DNA of 64,000 bases, from the NCBI RefSeq assembly GCF_009914755.1, contig NC_060937.1; one strand, 5' to 3'. A program made the translations under genes and the position numbers. Below, one piece after another: positions 1-15,769 of the stretch. Source of the DNA: the human T2T-CHM13v2.0 reference genome, Homo sapiens. Position 1 is the first letter of the stretch; each line of letters starts with the position of its first letter. The notes below the pieces were generated by a model. It had not been told where the DNA came from. It did no database searches and saw only the letters and a list, made by a program, of their open reading frames with translations.

Positions 1-22
1 GTGTGAGCCACCACGCCCGGCC
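1..22 (-). mobile_element. Alu 5' end (cut by window edge)
   Basis: gtgtgagccaccacgcccggcc. Confidence 0.8.
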
Positions 23-871
23 TTGATTTTAAAATCTATAATTCATCACTCATAAAATAAATGTTTTTCATGGAAAAATGTCTTTTTAAATGTAATTAAA
101 ATATATTTTAAAAAAACATACTTTATGAAGCTTCTCAGGCAGGTCAAATAATATTTAAGTAAGAGAGGCCCAGTGATATATAAACGGTGTGAGATAAACT
201 CTGCTGGAATCGTGCCACGTGTGCCGTTGCTATGCAAAGCTACATGGGGATTGAGAACCATAAAATGATTTTCAGATGAATGTCTAGAGAAAATGAAAAC
301 AAAAATAGAGCTGGTAAATCTAGATATTTGGTAATTCAAAAAATATAAATCGTGAATTGCTGGCACCAATTTTAAAAAACATTAGACTCTACGACAAGAT
401 CCTCTCCCTTAGGGCACATTCTTAACAGCTTTGACGTGTATAAAAACGCAGCGCCCTGCAGAGGACACATGCCGTGTTGCCAGTGCCACCGCAACGTCAT
501 TCGGCGGGACGCTGCCGGACGCTGGTTCGCCTGACGCGCGAGCTACGCAGCATGCTCTGCGGTCCCACAGGCGGCGCTATGGCTCTACCTTAGTATTTTG
601 TAAATATTAAAAAATCATGCAGAAATTTCCTAACGCAAAAGCTATGATGACAAATCTCCAAACATCCCAAAGCAGCCGTGTCCCGAGGAACTTCCTGCGG
701 TGTCCACAAAGCAGCCGCTGGCTGTCCTCCGGCAGAATGGGATGGCGCCTCTGGTTTCATGGCTGGTCAAGAATGACTTCTGGAATCAGCGACAATGCAC
801 CCAGGAACTGACTGCAATCTCCTTGCAGGATACAAATCATTTCATAATCTTACTCCTGCTTAACTTGCTGC
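1..871 (-). other. DCUN1D2: DCUN1D2 3' UTR (probably continues beyond window start)
   Basis: Immediately downstream of the TAG stop; end not determinable here. Confidence 0.7.
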
Positions 872-951
872 CTAGAAAAGGCTGCGTTTTCCACCTGTGA
901 CTACTGGCCGTGCATATTCTACAAAATCATCTATAAGAACGGGCCAAGCTC
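872..951 (-). CDS. DCUN1D2: DCUN1D2 coding exon 7 (last): (G)[25 protein letters not shown]
   Basis: Acceptor ttcctttAG at 953-952, phase 1 continuing exon 6, TAG at 874-872. [10 protein letters not shown] is the DCN1/PONY C-terminal motif. Confidence 0.96.
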
Positions 952-2154
952 CTAAAGGAAAGCAAGCAAACAGAAAACCCGTTAGAGCACCGTTTTTATC
1001 TCCAAAGCACTGAGTCACACATCAATCCAACATTTACACTTCAAGAACCCAAATGACTTGAGGTCCACACCATTTGTGTTTCACAGAATGAACCAGCCCA
1101 AGTTACCCAGTTCTTTCGCCCTAGCACGGCCAGGTCGGGAGCCCTGGTGTGTGTGTGCTGGCATGTCTAGGGGGCTGTGGGCTCACAGTGGCCCCGGATG
1201 CTCAGTGAGTGCCCCAGGCAGTCACACCAGCTGCTCAGGAAGGGAGCTAAATGGACCCCCGCGGAGCAGGAGGCATGTTCCTCAGGTCATTGGTATTCTT
1301 GCCAGCAGGGGGTGCTCCCTCCTGCGGCTCTTCCCAAGTGGGACCACCCCATTGCTCCCTTCCCCACCCCGGCAGCCCTGAGTGCCCTCTGAGCTCCTGC
1401 ACTGCTGCCTCAATCCTGGAAGCCGCGCTTCTGTCAATGAGATTCAGTGATCCCTTCTTTCATTTGACAAGCATTTACTGGGTGCCCCTGATCTAGGGAC
1501 GGTGCAAAGTGTGGAGGACACAAAGAGAAGCAGAAGCTAAAACAGGCAGACAGACACGTAAACCACCCGTTAAAGGCACGGCGCCAGGGCCCAGAACAGA
1601 TCACTGCCCGCCGAGGGGGCAGGGAGGAAGCAAAGTGGGTGGGAGCCTAGAGGGGAGGCCTTCCACCCAGAGACCATCCCTCTCTAAGGTGGCAGCGTGC
1701 CCAGCACACAGCAGGCTCCAAAGGCCCTCCAACGCAGAGTCCTAAACACGGGGGGAGACAAGTATGTGGAGATATATTTATGCAAGAAGACAGGAGCTGG
1801 AATCTCCGAGTCAGCCTGAAGAGTGCAGTGTGGAACTGACCTAAGGCATCATGCGGGACTGAGAATCTGGGAGTGGTGGTTTCCCAATACCTAACTCCAT
1901 GGCTCCACCATGGGGGTCTCTAACTCTTCACATCCAATTCTGAAATGCTTTGGCTTAGAGGACTGTCTTCTTGATTTACACTAAATATAAAACCCTATTT
2001 TTCTTTTGTATGATTTACAGAAAATAATAAGGAAGGGGGTAGTATTATGACCACGCCCATCTCAGTGACGGGGTCACCACTCTAGAGGCAGGAGAAGTTA
2101 ACGTTCTCAGGTGTAAGCATTTCGGTCAATCATCTGAAGCACAACTTCCGGTAC

Positions 2155-2251
2155 CTTCTTCATCGTAGTTAGACATATCATCCGCAATCATGTTTCCAAA
2201 GTCCAGCAGGAGGTTCCAGGTGTCCCTTGGAATTGATCTTTTGTGATGTTC
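2155..2251 (-). CDS. DCUN1D2: DCUN1D2 coding exon 6: [32 protein letters not shown](G)
   Basis: AG at 2253-2252, GT donor at 2154-2153, 97 nt; [13 protein letters not shown] motif. Confidence 0.96.
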
Positions 2252-3896
2252 CTAATATATGAGAGAAAAAAAAAACCCACCAGGTTTAAAATACAGAGCT
2301 TAACTCTCATATATTCTAGTGGCCTAGCGATCTTCAATTAATGTTCATTAATTTGATTAGGAACAAGTACAATAAAATTGTTAAAAGTAATAGCGTTCTG
2401 TATAAATGTTAAGTGCTACAACAACGCTAATGTCCAAATATAGAAAGCAGATTTATTTAAGAACAAAACATTTTAAATATTACAATTATAAACTCCTGTT
2501 TTGTCACATAGAAGGGCAGCATTTTAATCTCGTTACCTGCCCATTAGCTGCATGTATATATATATTCACGAACAGCTCATAAGCTTGTCTTACATTTTAA
2601 AACATTAACTGCTATCAAATTACACATAGTTTTCTGCAACTTGTTTTTTTCCCACTCAGCATAATGTCTGAAACGTATGCGGGCTGACGTGTGTGAATGT
2701 GCGTTCCTTTGCGTGGCTCCAAAGCCGTGCTCCATCGCACCAATATTCTGATTTTTTAGTCCGTTCTCCTGTGGATGGTCACTGGCTTTTCCAGTATTCT
2801 GCCGTTACAATGACACTGTGAGCGCCTTCATCCCCTTCTCCACGCACAAGAGCGTGAGGTTCTCTGGGAAACATCTGTGACTTAGGTTTGACCCCAGGTA
2901 AGGCGTAAGGGGGCTGTGGGCACAGCATTACTGACCTCTGGATATTTCGAGAGAAGTAATACAGCACATGATGTAATGAAACACATAGCTGCAAAGACGT
3001 CTCTCCATGGCAAACCCACAGGACTGAGTGACGTCACCTTCCACAGACAGCTCCGCCCTCCACCTGCCACACTCTCTGGGTACCATTCCCAGGCAAGGAA
3101 GCGGAAGTGACGTGCCCAAGGCCACAGGACTCTAAGTGGCAAAGTCTGTGTCACCTGGTGTCAGGTGAAGGGAGGCAGTGCGGGTCCTGGCCCGGCCGTG
3201 GGTTGGGCGGTGGAAGACCACTTCTTTCACTTTCATGGACAGAACAGCAAGAGGTCTGGGCATCTCTGCCATTACCGGGCTTGTGGCCACTCACTTCCAA
3301 AAACCCACAGCTGCACCTGCTGCCAGCAAGACGGGCTGGCATGACGCAGCCTTGCCCCGCACCAGCAAAGTGTCTCTCCAGAGGGTCCACAAAGGCCTCT
3401 TTTCCTCCTGAGCATGGTGAGACACACTTAGAAATGGCTTCAGACCACAGACACACACAGAGGCTGGGCACCGCCACATACAATCCGCAGTTCCGGAGCC
3501 CAAACCAGTCCACAGAAGTGTGGCGCTGGCACCATGTCGAGGATTCGGAGTTCTCAGTGGAAAGACAGAATTACCGTCTAGGTCCTCAGAGGAGACAACA
3601 CGGGGGCTGCTGGGGTTGCAGAGTCTCCAGGAACCCCAGCCTGAGAGGAGCTTCCCGTGACTGCCAAGAAGCCACGTTCTGAGGAGGCCCCGGAGTGGCC
3701 CCAGCTCAGCCCTGCAGTCTCCGGCAAGGTGACAGAGCCAAGTGGCAACCTGTCTGGACCTGCGGATCTTTGTGTGGGATGTTCATCTGCTGAAAACCTC
3801 CACGTGTGAGACCTGAGGTGGATGATTACATGCAGCCTCATACCTACCGACTTCCCTCCACAGTGGGCACACAGCGAGATGCAGGAGGACACTTAC

Positions 3897-3979
3897 CATT
3901 AAGAATGTGTTCCAGAGATCTAAAAATTTAAACCTTCCAGATAACACTAATTTCCAATACGCAACAGCCATTTCTAAGT
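3897..3979 (-). CDS. DCUN1D2: DCUN1D2 coding exon 5: (D)[27 protein letters not shown]
   Basis: ttaccAG acceptor, GTAAGT donor, 83 nt; overlaps ORF 3783..3971. Confidence 0.96.
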
Positions 3980-4813
3980 CTGGTAAAAAGAAAGAAAGAG
4001 CAGTTAGTAAATCTCACTCTCTTTTTCTACTGCACAAAAAACGACCACTTCTTAGCATGTCAATATTTACTTAATAAAATGTGGCAATCTCACCCAAGAG
4101 TCATGAGGCTTAATCTCTACGGAAGTGCTCCTGAGAACTGTACGTAGTCTAATTTTATAAATCTGGGGAAACTCTTTTTAAAAGGATTTGTATATTAAGT
4201 TATTTGGATATGCACACAATTCCCCCCTAATTAATCAGTTTTGGAGACTTGCCTTTTCACACATATTGGGTGTTCTTTAAACCTGACCTGATCTGGATAC
4301 TATTAATGCGTATCATTTGTTTTTAAAAATAGGCCACTGGCCTGAGTGTCGAACTGCAAATCAAAGGACCAGTTTAGGAAGGAAGGGACACACTGTTCTC
4401 CAAATAGACCTGCCTTGTTGCTATATGAACTAAGACAGAATCTGTTTCACAAGTAATTACAGCGGCCTTATGAGGGCTCCAATTTGTCCCTAAAGTGTCA
4501 AGTCAAATCGGCAGCTAGCAGGGAAAGCGTTCTCACTGATGCATCTACACAGGACACTGCGTATCAATCAAAGCCAACGCCCTCTTTTCCCACACGGGAA
4601 GGTGGTGATTATTTCACGACTTCTATATAAATCTCTGCTACTGAAGATGTCTAATAGAATATGAATGCCGAGTTTCAGGGCTGTCTCCAATCCATAGTTT
4701 GTGAAACACTGATTTATTCTCTGCTCACCAGAAGCTTGATAACGATTTCTTTTTATATGCTTGACACAGCAAGTATATAAAGGGGTTCAGAATTCTATTT
4801 TTTTAAAGTGACC

Positions 4814-5146
<333 letters not shown>

Positions 5147-5582
5147 TAAAGTGACCTCCTTTAATCATGTTGAATAGTGTTCACCACTTTTAGGCAATAA
5201 AAGAAGAGTTATATTTATGTAAGATTAATGTGAAAAGCAGATTAATAAAAGTTAGGTAATATGTTAGTTTAAATGCAAAGTACATAACTAAACACTTCTC
5301 AAAAGGTTTTTTTCTAAATCTGGTTTAATCCCACTTAAACAGAAGTTATTAAAGTTGGAGCTGTAGCAAGATTTCCAGGGTCGATCATTATTAAAATGGG
5401 ATAAGAAAGAGGCATATGAGTAGCAAATCCCACTTTAAATAAAACGCCTCTAAATTCCCCGTGTGCAAAGGCTTCATGACCAACTTTATCAGTTTTGAAT
5501 ACCCTGGAGTCTGAATCAGAAAGAAAGAGAGAGTCAGAAAGTGCCAAGTAACTGAGATATGGAACAGCTCTCTAGACCTTAC

Positions 5583-5734
5583 CGATGGGACCCGCAGTAA
5601 AATGCTAAGAAGATGATTAGTCTTGTCCTGCTTATAAGTCTACATCCTTATCACTTAGGAAGAACATTAATTGAAATCTATATTCAACTCATCTTAATGA
5701 TGTAAAGCTTTCACATTGAGAAATGGAGGTGAAC
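5583..5734 (-). other. DCUN1D2: Candidate alternative exon of DCUN1D2 with premature stop ((G)SPPFLNVKALHH*)
   Basis: Long T-rich tract + ccccAG at 5736-5735, donor CG|GTAAGG at 5582, TAA at 5696-5694 in the exon-4 frame. Confidence 0.65.
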
Positions 5735-6252
5735 CTGGGGAGGAAAAAAAAATAAAGTTTTATGGCACACATTTAATCTAGTTACTTTGGGTTAGTTTTG
5801 GTGCTAAAAACTTTTCTTACAAAGGACCTGATTTGTATGTTTGTCAATCACATTATCAAAAGTAAATATATGCTTTTTCAATATTTATTATTATTTACAT
5901 AAAAATGTTTAATATTGTCCTAATGGACTTAGCCATTTGCAAAACAGTAACAACAACAACAAAAACAACAACTCAGAATGGCAGGACTCGAGAGTGGAAA
6001 CAAGACCAACAGCTACTCTGGTGGCTACATCTTTATAGCAGCTATTTTCTTTCCCAGAACCTCTAAAAAGTCCCATCTCCTAAGTGAAAACATGTTAGAA
6101 GAAGGCATTACTACTTAAAATTCATGCTTGTGATGCTCCACTTAGGATTAGACAATGAAGATGTGTCCTCTATCAAAAAAGTACCTTAGGGCAGACATAA
6201 AAATTAGCTCTCATGAAACTTCACTTCCTCAAACATCAAGATTCTCAAAGCT

Positions 6253-6400
6253 GGCCGGGCACAGTGGCTCACACCTGTAATCATAGCACTTTAGGAGGCC
6301 GCGGCAGGAGGATCACTTGAAGTCAAGAGTTTGAGACCAGCCTGGGCAACAGAGCAAGACCCTCACCTCTTTAAAAAAAAAAAACAAAAACAAAAACACA
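6253..6400 (+). mobile_element. FLAM-type Alu monomer
   Basis: Single arm + A tail; TSD aagatt(c)(t/c)caaagc. Confidence 0.85.
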
Positions 6401-6559
6401 AAAGATTCCCAAAGCCAACTGATTCAAGACTCTAGCCAGTATGAAACTATGTTGTTTCTTACATTAAAACAGAGCCAAGTAACTTTATCCTCTCTATTAG
6501 GTTAACCGTTAGTTAAGAGTAAAGCATCATCTTACATAAAAACAATACAGTACAATCTT

Positions 6560-6682
6560 CACACACACAGATACACATAGACACACACAGATACCCACAA
6601 AGAGACACAGACACACACAGACACACACAGAGACACACAGACATATATAAACAGACACAAACACACACACAGACACAGACAC
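6560..6682. repeat. Imperfect (CA)n/(CACAGA)n microsatellite
   Basis: Visible directly. Confidence 0.9.
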
Positions 6683-8512
6683 AAAGGAAATAAAGGGTAA
6701 TCTGTGTCTTTTGGCTCCATGTTCCCACGGCAGTCCATGCTTTTTCTGGAACAGTTGGACACTTGTCTTGACCTGTTCAATTTATACTTAATTCCTCACA
6801 AGACCGACCACATCATCTTTGGAAATGGTAAACTGACGGCTCTACTTCTGGGCTATAGTCATAAAATTACTCTTCTTGCTTTATTTCTGTTTTTAAAAAG
6901 CCCTCAAAAAACTTTTCTAAAAATAGTGTATAATCTATTTGAAGTGTTTACAAAATCTAATCTTTTCCCGAGGAGGCTATTGTTTTCTTTAATAAAATTT
7001 CATATTCTCTCAGCTATTGTCATGAAGCAAAGAAACAAAACCAGTAATGCTTCCCATCCTATAGTGAATGATTCTGACAAACATTTCATTTAAGTATCTA
7101 CAGGAGTAAACAAGTCCTTGTTGTCAGTGAGGAATTCAAGGATAAACTATAAATCTGTTGCAGCTTTCAATGGCCTGTTCTGCCACTGAAAGCTTTGATG
7201 CTTAAGGAAATTTATAAAACGCAGGCTGAACATGGTAGGTCCTGAATCTTAAAAATGTTTCCAAACACTCTCTACCCATATACTGACCTTCCTTGAAACA
7301 TTCATGCACAAAGAAAATAAATTTTGCAACTCTGAACTGGGCAATTAATTTAGACTCTAATTTATAACCTCCCGGAAATTACCATGGAATGAAGTGGTGG
7401 CACCGAGTGGAAGGGACGCTGCGCGTTTCCAGGACGGGGCAGTTGGACGTTGCTGCGGGGGACACGGCAGCCTCTGCAGGCCCAGTGCTTCTGCCCAAGC
7501 CACCACGCTGCAAGGAGGCCCACGTGGGGCAGCTGGAGGCAGGTGGGAGGCCATGGCGGAGAGCAGCACGGATGGAAGAGAAAGGCCACTCAGCAGAATC
7601 TGCCCAAGTTCCTGACCCAATGGATCATGAGCTACCAAAATGACTGTCATTTGAAGCCACTGCGTTTTGAGGTGTTTGCTGCGCAGTCATTACTAACCCA
7701 GGCAGCCGGCCTGGCTGAAGCCCCAGGGCCTGTGTTTCCAGCAAGTTCTGCAGTGATGCTGATCTTGCTGGCTTTGCCAAGGGCCTAGAAAAGCTCCATA
7801 ATACTTTTCTGTATGTGTCAAGTTAACAAGGCATTATAAGATAAAAATTCTTAAAGATAATACCTACATATGACAGTCAGATAAAATGCTAATCTTTTAA
7901 ACATTTTTCCATGTCAACATTTAAAGGAAGTATCCCCTGCATTGCAGAGTATCAATAAATATAAATGATTATCTTTAATAGAAGCTGAGTTATCCTAAGA
8001 TTATGCTGAAGATATTAAAGTAACAGTTCAAAATAGTCAGAAAAAAAGTTTTATCATTCACTGAAATTTCAGTGTCCTTCCTGATAAACATTTAACAATA
8101 AAAAGTAAATGCCATTATTTTAAAATTTGGATCAGACTAATCCTCACTTTGGAAAGGAAGCTGGATAGACCTCTGAGAATTAAACTGCTCAAAAGTAAAG
8201 CATGACCCAGACTTTCCTTGAAAAATCATGATCGTTACACTCAGACCTGAAATGGCCGAATTTTAGAAAAGTGTGAGAAGCAGCATTTCCTGTTTGGGTG
8301 ACTACTGCCAGAGAAAACTGGGGTGAGGAAACAGAGAGAAGTAAAAAAAAAAAAACAAACAAACCCTGCATGAGATGAAGAACAGCCACAGCAGAAACCA
8401 GCACCTGTCAGGAGCACAGGTGGCCCTGTCCTTACCAAGTGACAGAGCCCAAGAACACCGAAGGAGCTCATCTCAAGTCTTCCTCCACATCATTATTCTC
8501 TTGTCTATTTGC

Positions 8513-9017
<505 letters not shown>

Positions 9018-9613
9018 TGCTTGTTAGTTTCTAGAAAAGAGTGGTAATGGTTTCTTGAGAATACTGATGATAGTTACTGAGTAATCAGGGTCTAAACTAA
9101 AATGAGCTTTAACTTTAATGACTATTTTGCCTTAGCCTCTTAGAAAGAAATAGAGTGGAATAGCAAAGATAAAAAATAAAGAGTTTTATTGTAGAAAACC
9201 AAATGTTTTCATTTGTTAAAAGTAGACAGAATCTGGCATCTGGTATGTAGCTCATAAATCAAGAGTTATTTTACAAACAGAGTCATTCTGTAGATGCAAA
9301 AATACTTTTCAGTGTAGACTTTCCCCTTCTTTTGATATGCTAAGTCATTTCTCCACTCAGAGGCAAAATAATAAATCTTCAGTGCCTTTAGAATAAACAT
9401 TTACTGCCCCGAGTGTGGAAACTAACTTAAATTTCAGCGTAGGTTTTCAGGGGGCAGGGTGAAGTCTGCAGACCAAGAGCTCAGTCTCCATGGCTGGTAC
9501 AGTAAATCTCTGGCCACATTTCCTGGAGGCCATGTTTAGTGGTGAAACAGGCTTTTCTCTAGCTGGTTAAGGCTGGAAGCTGAATCCAGGTGGACGGGAT
9601 GGCATATTGTTAA

Positions 9614-9950
<337 letters not shown>

Positions 9951-10409
9951 TGTCCTTTGGATGTTAAACCTCGTTTTTTCCCCCACACAATATAAAAAAA
10001 CTTAAAGCACCAGAACCAGTGATGAAGACCAGCCAGTTTAGACCACAAGTAATATTGCTGGTGGTACACAGCAGAGGAGCCCGTTTACTGTATCTCTAGG
10101 TAGAAATATCTAGAGGACGTGACAGCCTCTGAGAAACATGATGTTACTATGTGCATTTTAAAAAATATAATACTTGCATGTAATTGCTATAATGTGCATA
10201 TTGGAGGCAATTTTGAAACTGGTCTGTGATCACCGGTGTAGTCTGTTGTAAATTCAAAGACAGCTTGATGAACTTTATTTTTATTTTTTTACCTATTGTT
10301 TTCAGAGTGCCTATTTTGAATTAAAATTTGTGACACCACTGCAAAAAAAAAAAAAGGAGATTTTTAGTCCCCAAAGTAAAATGTCAGCTTATAAAGAGCA
10401 GTCTTGGGT

Positions 10410-11378
<969 letters not shown>

Positions 11379-11984
11379 AAAAGAACAGTCCTGGGGAAAT
11401 AAACCCCCAAGGACTCCTGACTGGTTTAAACGCGAGACGTGCCACGCTCCATCAACCTCTCCTTCAGACAAGCGGCCTATGAGGACGCAGCACTAAAGGG
11501 GGCGGGGGAGGGCCCTGGACAGGCGGGGCGGAGGCAGCACAGTGTGTAACCTTCCCTGAATCTGCGCATAAAAGCAGATGCAGCAATTAGAAAGCAAAGC
11601 CAAACACCCAGAGGCAACATTTACCATAAATTTAGGTGAGAAAGTATCACCACAAACCCAAGTTGTAAGCTAGGGGATGAGCCACTGCCAGCAACAGGAC
11701 CCGTGTGTTGCCGTCATGCCGGGGACGTGGGGGGCACAGGGCCTCTGACAGATGTGAGAACAGGAGGGCCTCAGAGGTGCCTACACGCCGGGACCAGGTA
11801 AGGACGAGCCTGAAGTAGGCTGTGGCTGAGGGCAGAGGCCACCAACAGGGAAGTGCCTGGGAGCAGAACAGGCTGGGCGGGAAAGGGACAATGGAGATGG
11901 AAAAGAGAGAAAAGCTGAGGAGGGGGGAGGAGCAGTGCCAGACAATCTCAGACAGCAAAGCCGACATTTCTGTCTACTACACGC

Positions 11985-11987
<3 letters not shown>

Positions 11988-12017
<30 letters not shown>
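11988..12017. repeat. (CA)n microsatellite
   Basis: Visible directly. Confidence 0.95.
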
Positions 12018-12018
<1 letters not shown>

Positions 12019-12251
12019 CCAAGAGGGAGCACCATGAAGTCGAAAAGCTGCCCCGAACCATCCTCCTTCTGAAAGACTAGGAAAACTAATTTCACATAAA
12101 AATGAGCAACAGAACAGCCCTGAGATCAAATCCCATACAATGCTATCCTGAGAAAAAAGATACTACAAACAGTAGTCACCCCTAGAAAATGAATGCATGC
12201 TGGGAAACACACCAACAGAACAGATCAAAAGTGCAACCTTCAGCTGAAACC

Positions 12252-12690
<439 letters not shown>

Positions 12691-12892
12691 CAAAAACTTT
12701 TTTTTTTTAAGTGTGATCATTGACTTCAAAATAGGCTAAAGGACATTAAGAAATGAAACAAAACATGAAACACCACAAATGAGAATTAGGAAAACTTAGT
12801 AATGAGGAAATCACACTCAAGAATTAGAAACAAAGGAAAATCATTCTGGAAATGACTTTACTAGAAGGCACACGAGGGAGATAAACTCAAAG

Positions 12893-13235
12893 GCAGCCAC
12901 ACATGGCATAACATCTCAGCCAATGATAGTCCGCGTAAGTGACAGCAGTCCCACAGGATTGCAAAAGTGCATTTTCACTGCCCCTTTTCTATGCTTCAGT
13001 GTGTTTGGATACACAAATCCTCACCACCGTGTTACGGTTGCCTACTGTCTTCAGTACAGTCACACGCTGTCCAGGTTTGTATCCCCGGAGCCATGGGCTG
13101 TGCCATACTGCTAGGCGTGCAATAGGCTATGCCACCCAGGTTTGCAAACATGCGCCCTGTGATGTCGCACAAGGATGAGACTGCCTAACAATGCATTTCT
13201 CAGAACCTATCGCTGCCATTATGTGACACATGATG
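12893..13235 (+). mobile_element. Tigger3/MER7-type DNA transposon remnant
   Basis: Similar to recalled Tigger3a consensus (gatacacaaat...gttgcctac...catttctcagaac). Confidence 0.7.
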
Positions 13236-13350
13236 GGTAACAACTTCAGAAGAGGAAATGGTGAAAAAGGAAGATCATTTTTAAAATAAAAAAGAAATGA
13301 AGTACAGATAAAAAGGACTGAGAGAAAGCAACGCACACTGCCGAAGACTT

Positions 13351-14250
13351 AACTCCACAGAAGACTCTACAGAGGACCCAACTCCACAGAAGACCCAACT
13401 CCACAGGGGACTCAACTCCACAGGGAACCCAACTCCAGAAGACCCAACTCCACAAGGGACCCAACTCCACAAGGGACCCAACTCCACAGGGGACCCAGCT
13501 CCACGCAAGACCCAACTCCACAGGGGACGCAACTCCACAGGGGACCCAACTCCACAGAATACCCAACTCCACAAGGGACCCAACTCCACAGGGGACCCAA
13601 CTCCACAGAAGACACAACTCCACAAGGGACCCAACTCCACAGAAGACACAACTCCACAGGGGACCCAACTCCACAGAAGACCCAACTCCACAGGGGACCC
13701 AAATCCACAGGGAACCCAGCTCCAAAGAAGACCCAACTCCACAGGGGACCCAACTCCACAGGGGACCCAGCTCCACAGAAGACACAACTCCACAGGGGAC
13801 CCAACTCCACAGGGGACCCAACTCTACAGAGGACCCAACTCCACAGGGGACCCAACTCCACAGAGGACCCAACTCCACAGGGGACCCAACTCCACAGAGG
13901 ACCCAACTCCACAGGGGACCCAGCTCCACGCAAGACCCAACTCCACAGGGGACGCAACTCCACAGGGGACCCAACTCCACAGAAGACCCAACTCCACAGG
14001 GGACCCAACTCCACAGAAGACACAACTCCACAGGGGACCCAACTCCACAGAAGACCCAACTCCACAGGGGACCCAACTCCACAGAAGACCCAACTTCACA
14101 AGGGACCCAACTCCACAGGGGACCCAACTCCACAGAAGACACAACTCCACAGAAGACCCAACTCCACAGGGGACCCAACTCCATAGAAGACCCAACTCCA
14201 CAGGGGACCCAACTCCACAGGGGACCCAACTCCACAGAGGACCTAACTCC
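13351..14250. repeat. 17-bp VNTR (ACCCAACTCCACAGGGG), ~53 copies
   Basis: Visible directly; gives the 17-aa periodicity in minus-strand ORFs. Confidence 0.95.
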
Positions 14251-15769
14251 AATTATATGGGTAATAGGAGTTTCCATAGAGACCAAAACCAAATACAAGG
14301 AACAGAACAAATGCTTAAACCTATAATTCAAGAACATTCTCCCTGAAATTAAAAAAAGATTAGAAAGTACTTACTGAAAACACTCAGCAGCATATATGAG
14401 AACACTGACCATGGACGACCCACAACACCCAGACACATTTTAGTAAAATTACTGGGCTTCAAAGCAAAAGAAAAAATGGCCTTTGTTTGGGTATTTAGGC
14501 AAAACAGTAAGCAACTTATAAGACCAAGAAGATTGGCTTATCATCATTCTGTTTGACAATAACGATCTACGCCAGAAGAAAGTGGAGCGACACACTTAAG
14601 ACATTCAAAGGATCGAAAAGGATTTTTCATACCCAGCACGCAAGGACTCAGGGAATACTGTCCCCAAAAGCACTTCCTGGGGATCCACTGGAGAATGAAT
14701 TTCAAAACCTGTGAGCAGAGAGACGTCAACAGAAGCCCTGGTGATGAGCAGGGGCTGCTGGGGAACACAGAGCAAAGACCACCCACAACGACAGGGGAGG
14801 CCTGGCTGTGTGCCTGGAAAACAAAGGTAAGGCCCAACTATTGTTTTAAGTCGGGGGAGAGTGTATTACCCCCCCAACCCCGCCCTTTTCTTTTCCGCTA
14901 CTCACAGTAATTCTACTGGTGGAGACAGCATTCGTTTCGTCACTCTGAGCCCGTGGTGTGTGCCGTGTGGGATTGGGCTAACACATCACCATGGATATTC
15001 TAACGCTATCCTCACCTGTGCCCGTGAGAACCAGAGCAGGAGAAGGGAAACACAGCTGCAATACAGACAAGCTCAAGTAGGAAAAATAATCTGTAGTCCT
15101 GACTGTGGTTTAGAAGCATCCAAATGAACAAAAATAAAAAAAATAAAAAAATAAAAAGCCTGGAAACGACGACTCTGAATGAGCACCAGCCGCGACCCCA
15201 CCACGGCCTGAAACCAGTTTCCGCTAAAAGAAATCAGGGCTTCTTGGAGAAAAAGCGAATACAGGTCTGGGGTAGAAGGTGACTGGACGAGCCCAGGGCA
15301 GCCTGCCGTGCAGACAGGAAGGGAGCGGTCACCAACACCAGAGTACACCAACAGCACTCCATGAGTTCACGGGGACATGAACAATAAACTGACCCTCGGT
15401 CGAAGGAAGCAGGGAACGCACTCGCCCCCGAGGTCATCCGGCCTTTCTGAGCAGCCTGCACCTCTGGCACCCAACACCAGGAGACAGAAAGACTTCCTTC
15501 TGGGATCATCCCAGCTCACAAACAGAAAGGGCAGGACAGGCTCTCATCAGTTGGCAGCCCTGAGCAAGGCTGGAGGTCTCGACACTGCTGGTGTCCCTAG
15601 GTGCCGCATGCGGCAGGCTCCTGAGCCAAGACGCAGCAGACACCGCTACTGTCACCCAAGAGGCAAAGCGAGGGCCCAACAGGCCCCAGGGCCTTGCACA
15701 GCAGGTACTGTAATTCAGTAACCAGTGTGGGGCCGAGACGCGTCTCAGCACCTGTTCTCTCTCACCAGC

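Noticed and set aside
13246-14337. 363-aa and sister repetitive ORFs
   Set aside because: Translation of a 17-bp VNTR; same pattern in all frames.
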